Origin: Trueperaceae bacterium
GTDB lineage: Bacteria > Deinococcota > Deinococci > Deinococcales > Trueperaceae
Assembly (NCBI GenBank): GCA_965213925.1
Contig: OZ243927.1
Coordinates: forward strand, 1,216,001-1,280,000
Reading direction: 5' to 3'
Length of the DNA stretch: 64,000 bases
Shown: in pieces, positions 60,813 through 64,000 of the stretch
How the letters are laid out: each line of letters opens with the position of its first letter
Numbering within the stretch: position 1 is the stretch's first letter
Position numbers and translations under genes: made by a program
The notes under the pieces: model-generated
Told to the model about the DNA's origin: nothing
What the model saw: the letters and a program-made list of their open reading frames with translations, nothing else
The model's database searches: none

Positions 60813-62690
60813 TTGAAACACGCGAAACGCTTTTTAGCCCTACCGTTCCTGATCATTTTCTTAGCAGCGTGCGGAACGTACAGCGAACTTCCCGAGCAGG
60901 TCGCCGAGGCGGATGTAGAAGAGATTGTTGCGGTTGCTGAGTTAGCACCGGACGCCGAAATCGGATCGCAGGGATATAAGAGAGATAATCTCGTGCTCCG
61001 CGTCGAGAAGCAGGTTCTTCCCGATGACCACGCAGACCCACACCCCGCCAAGTACGACATTGATCTCATCTGTAAGAAAAAGGGTGGCGGCAAACTTGTA
61101 ATCGACTTACCTACGTTCACTAAGTCTGGCGCGAAGACCTACAACGTGAGCAAGAGCAAGATCAACTACTATCTCGGCAACACCAAGCACTGCTTTGTCC
61201 GTGAAAGGGGCACGGTAGGCACCAAGCTCGTCCGGTTCAACGTCACAAAAGACGCGAAGACCGTGTCGGGTTTCCCCCAGACGGTTCTCCCCAAAGACTA
61301 CGCTAACAAGAGAACGGTCAAGTCGAAGAAGTTCGACCTCGAGCACGTAAACAAGAAGATCGTCATCAAGGTCGTCAACAAGTTCGAGGAAGAGAAGAAG
61401 GAAGAGAAGGACTTTGAGCTTGTCGTCGAGAAGAAGTTCGTTGACGCGCACGGCAACGAAGTCAAGCCCGAGCACTACTACCTCAGCGTGGACCTCGAGT
61501 GTAAAGAGGGTAAAAAAGATGTGATCGATGAGACCCTCCTCACTGCAGGTAAGCTCCACTTCTCGGATCACGATTTCAAAGACTTAGGCGGCTTAAAGTG
61601 CGAGATCGAGGAGAAGTTCGCCTCGGACGATCTCAAGCTGCATGAGGTCATCGTCAAGTTCGAAGCTTCCGAACACGGCAGGCACATCGCCAGCGGCGAG
61701 AAGAAAGACAAGCACATCGAGGACAAGCACTACAAGGGCAAAGAGGTCCAGTGGGCTAACTCCGGCTACTTCCACGTCCCCGAGAAGGCTGACAAGCTCG
61801 TCATCATCATTATCGACGTCGTCAAAGAGGTCGAGGACGACTTCGAGCTTGTCGTCGAGAAGAAGTTCGTTGACGCGCACGGCAACCCGGTTGACGTCAA
61901 AGACTACTACTTAGAGGTGGACCTCGAGTGTAAAGAGGGTAAAAAAGACGTGGTCGATGAGACCCTCCTCACTGCAGGTAAGCTCCACTTCTCGGATCAC
62001 GATTTCAAAGACTTAGGCGGCTTAAAGTGCGAGATCGAGGAGAAGTTCGCCTCGGACGATCTCAAGCTGCATGAGGTCATCGTCAAGTTCGAAGCTTCCG
62101 AACACGGCAGGCACATCGCCAGCGGCGAGAAGAAAGACAAGCACATCGAGGACAAGCACTACAAGGGCAAAGAGGTCCAGTGGGCTAACTCCGGCTACTT
62201 CCACGTCCCCGAGAAGGCTGACAAGCTCGTCATCATCATTATCGACGTCGTCAAAGAGGTCGAGGACGACTTCAAAATCATCGTCAACAAGGAGTTCAAA
62301 GAAGGAAATTACAACGGTCACGTCCTCCATCTCGACCCTCACGCCTACGACCTCAGAGTGGCTATCGTTTGTGAAGACGGTACAAGGGTCCACGTCAATC
62401 TCGGCAACGATCTCCACTTCTCGGACCACGACGCCGAGGACCTGAGAGGCAAGAAGTGCTACGTCGAAGAGTACTTCAAGTCCGACTATTACGATCTCCT
62501 CAGATTCAGAACCACGTATAGCACTGACAATCACGACGATTACAGAGTCTCCGCCGGTGTCTGGAAGAGCGAGAAAAACGGCTATCAGTACGTGAACAAT
62601 GATGATAAGCCGTTCCACATCTCTAAAGACGCGGATGAACTCGTGATTGACCTCGTCAACGCTGTTGAAGAAAGCAAGTACTACCACTAA
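60813..62690 (+). CDS. Surface lipoprotein with four tandem beta-sandwich (CnaB-like) domains
   Basis: Lipobox LAAC; SD GAGGAG; 429-bp internal tandem repeat. Confidence 0.85.
   Translation: MKHAKRFLALPFLIIFLAACGTYSELPEQVAEADVEEIVAVAELAPDAEIGSQGYKRDNLVLRVEKQVLPDDHADPHPAKYDIDLICKKKGGGKLVIDLPTFTKSGAKTYNVSKSKINYYLGNTKHCFVRERGTVGTKLVRFNVTKDAKTVSGFPQTVLPKDYANKRTVKSKKFDLEHVNKKIVIKVVNKFEEEKKEEKDFELVVEKKFVDAHGNEVKPEHYYLSVDLECKEGKKDVIDETLLTAGKLHFSDHDFKDLGGLKCEIEEKFASDDLKLHEVIVKFEASEHGRHIASGEKKDKHIEDKHYKGKEVQWANSGYFHVPEKADKLVIIIIDVVKEVEDDFELVVEKKFVDAHGNPVDVKDYYLEVDLECKEGKKDVVDETLLTAGKLHFSDHDFKDLGGLKCEIEEKFASDDLKLHEVIVKFEASEHGRHIASGEKKDKHIEDKHYKGKEVQWANSGYFHVPEKADKLVIIIIDVVKEVEDDFKIIVNKEFKEGNYNGHVLHLDPHAYDLRVAIVCEDGTRVHVNLGNDLHFSDHDAEDLRGKKCYVEEYFKSDYYDLLRFRTTYSTDNHDDYRVSAGVWKSEKNGYQYVNNDDKPFHISKDADELVIDLVNAVEESKYYH
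61410..62267 (+). repeat. Intragenic tandem duplication, 2 x 429 bp
   Basis: 61410-61838 vs 61839-62267; differences are confined to about the first 120 nt. Confidence 0.95.
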
Positions 62691-62743
62691 GCTACCGAAT
62701 TGAGACGCTAACAGCGTAGCAGCCAGGTACTAAGGACTCCACT

Positions 62744-62781
62744 AGAAGCAGGTGCTCTCGAGCACCTGCTTCTTATTTTTT
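62744..62781 (+). terminator. Intrinsic terminator
   Basis: AGAAGCAGGTGCTC / GAGCACCTGCTTCT followed by TATTTTTT. Confidence 0.8.
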
Positions 62782-62798
62782 ACGATGCTAAAACTAAG

Positions 62799-63074
62799 TA
62801 CTCTGTCAACTAAGTATTGATACTTCTTACTGATGTCACCCTGTTCACGCAGTCAGACGAAGTCCGGCGAAGGCGTAAGGGTCTCGTTTGGCTACTGCCA
62901 AAACTTTGTAACTCGCATCTCGGCTGGTTGGGAATGAAAGACGAGATTCTTTCATCAGGCGAAGCCTATCCTGTAAAGGGCTCCACTTCGTTGCGTAGGT
63001 GAAGGCTAAGAGCCTTTGAGCTTTGCTCTAACCTGGTTCAGAATGACATCACTCATTTTTTAGTTGACAGAGTA
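62799..63074. mobile_element. Family-A MITE
   Basis: TACTCTGTCAACTAA / TTAGTTGACAGAGTA with CTAAG on both sides. Confidence 0.88.
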
Positions 63075-63137
63075 CTAAGCGGCGCGTGTACGATGGCGGA
63101 CCTTATCGCTTACGCCTTGAGGCAACCACTAAACATA

Positions 63138-63169
63138 AGAAGAGGCGAGCGTCACGCTCGCCTCTTCTT
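63138..63169 (-). terminator. Terminator of the CAP-domain gene
   Basis: AAGAAGAGGCGAGCG / CGCTCGCCTCTTCTT. Confidence 0.7.
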
Positions 63170-63188
63170 TAATCTTGAGAAGGTTTAT

Positions 63189-64000
63189 TTACCGAGCTGC
63201 AGCGAAATTCTGTACCCAGACGTTGCCAGCTAAGCCGAGACCAAGCTCTTTGTACTGCGGGCGCATGATGTTGGCGCAGTGACCGGGGCTCTTGAGCCAA
63301 CCCTGCATGACGGCTTCTGGGCTGCGGTAGCCTTTGGCGATGTTCTCGCCGACGGTGCGCCAGGTGTAGCCTTCGCGGGTGACGCGGACACCGACCGAGC
63401 TGCCGTCGCGACCCGTGTGGCTGAAGTAGCCGTAACGGTCCATGCTCTCGGCATGCTTCTGGGCGGCGCGGTTCAAACGGGTGTTGAGCGTGAGGGCGGG
63501 GGCGGGACCGAAGCGTCCGGAGCTGCCGCAGCTATAGCCAGTTGCGCGTACTTCGTTGACGAGCTTGAGTATCTGTGCGAAGTCATTCGAAGGCGCGGGT
63601 GCGGGGGCAGGTGCGGGTGCTGGTGCGGGCTTAGCCTTGACCGTCACTTTGACGTCGTCGCGGCTCTGGAGCTTCCCGTCCGTCGCGGTGAGGCGTAAGG
63701 TGTAGGTGCCGGCTTTTGAAAAGCTTGCTTTCGTATCTTGAGCGTTTTTGTTGCCGAAGGTAACGGTGCCGGGACCACTTACTTTGCGCCAGCTCACCTT
63801 CAAGGTGCCGTTCGGTTGACCGTCGTCCGTGACGATCGCGTCCAACTCCACCGAGCCGGGCAGCGTGACAGTTTTGTTAGGGCCTGCATCGACTTCTGGG
63901 GCTTGGTTGTCCGCTGCGGGCGGCGTGCTGGGGGGTGTGCTGGGGGGTGTCGGCGTCGCCGCGTCGCCGTTGTCGACCGTGAAGCGTGCGTGACCTACGT
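63189..64000 (-). CDS. Secreted PKD-like + CAP (SCP) domain protein; 5' end lies outside the window
   Basis: WRKVSGPG...GTYTLRLTATDG; PAPA linker; HAESM...FSH...GENIA...WLKSPGHCANI. Confidence 0.88.
   Translation of the reverse strand, partial: VGHARFTVDNGDAATPTPPSTPPSTPPAADNQAPEVDAGPNKTVTLPGSVELDAIVTDDGQPNGTLKVSWRKVSGPGTVTFGNKNAQDTKASFSKAGTYTLRLTATDGKLQSRDDVKVTVKAKPAPAPAPAPAPAPSNDFAQILKLVNEVRATGYSCGSSGRFGPAPALTLNTRLNRAAQKHAESMDRYGYFSHTGRDGSSVGVRVTREGYTWRTVGENIAKGYRSPEAVMQGWLKSPGHCANIMRPQYKELGLGLAGNVWVQNFAAAR

Overview
GC-rich bacterial chromosomal window. It is most consistent with a Deinococcota (Truepera-like) genome, inferred from gene content, lipoproteins, an S8 peptidase carrying SGGRNAW repeats and many apparently leaderless starts. 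It carries housekeeping genes (purA, purB, gpmI, TatD, cobO-cobS-btuDCF under a cobalamin riboswitch), a MarR/GbsR-regulated MacB/LolCDE-type ABC operon, a PAS/CheB-CheR/LuxR/GGDEF signalling cluster, a stress cluster, a decayed IS3 and a toxin-antitoxin/defence island built in the remnant of a type IIG restriction-modification gene. The most unusual signal is non-coding: a nested hierarchy of tiny structured insertion elements. (i) 20-46 nt hairpin modules insert precisely; five simple or nested insertions plus one larger one can be excised in silico to restore IS3 transposase motifs. (ii) A MITE family has TAC...GTA ends, CT(N)AG direct repeats and covarying REP-like hairpins. (iii) A TA-flanked family has a covarying stem, and two inverted copies sit inside the B12 riboswitch leader. 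Also notable: inverted heptamer arrays at three junctions of the ABC operon, one filled with a four-helix-bundle gene, and a lipoprotein with four CnaB-like candidate isopeptide domains. All product calls come from motif recognition by eye; no database searches were run.
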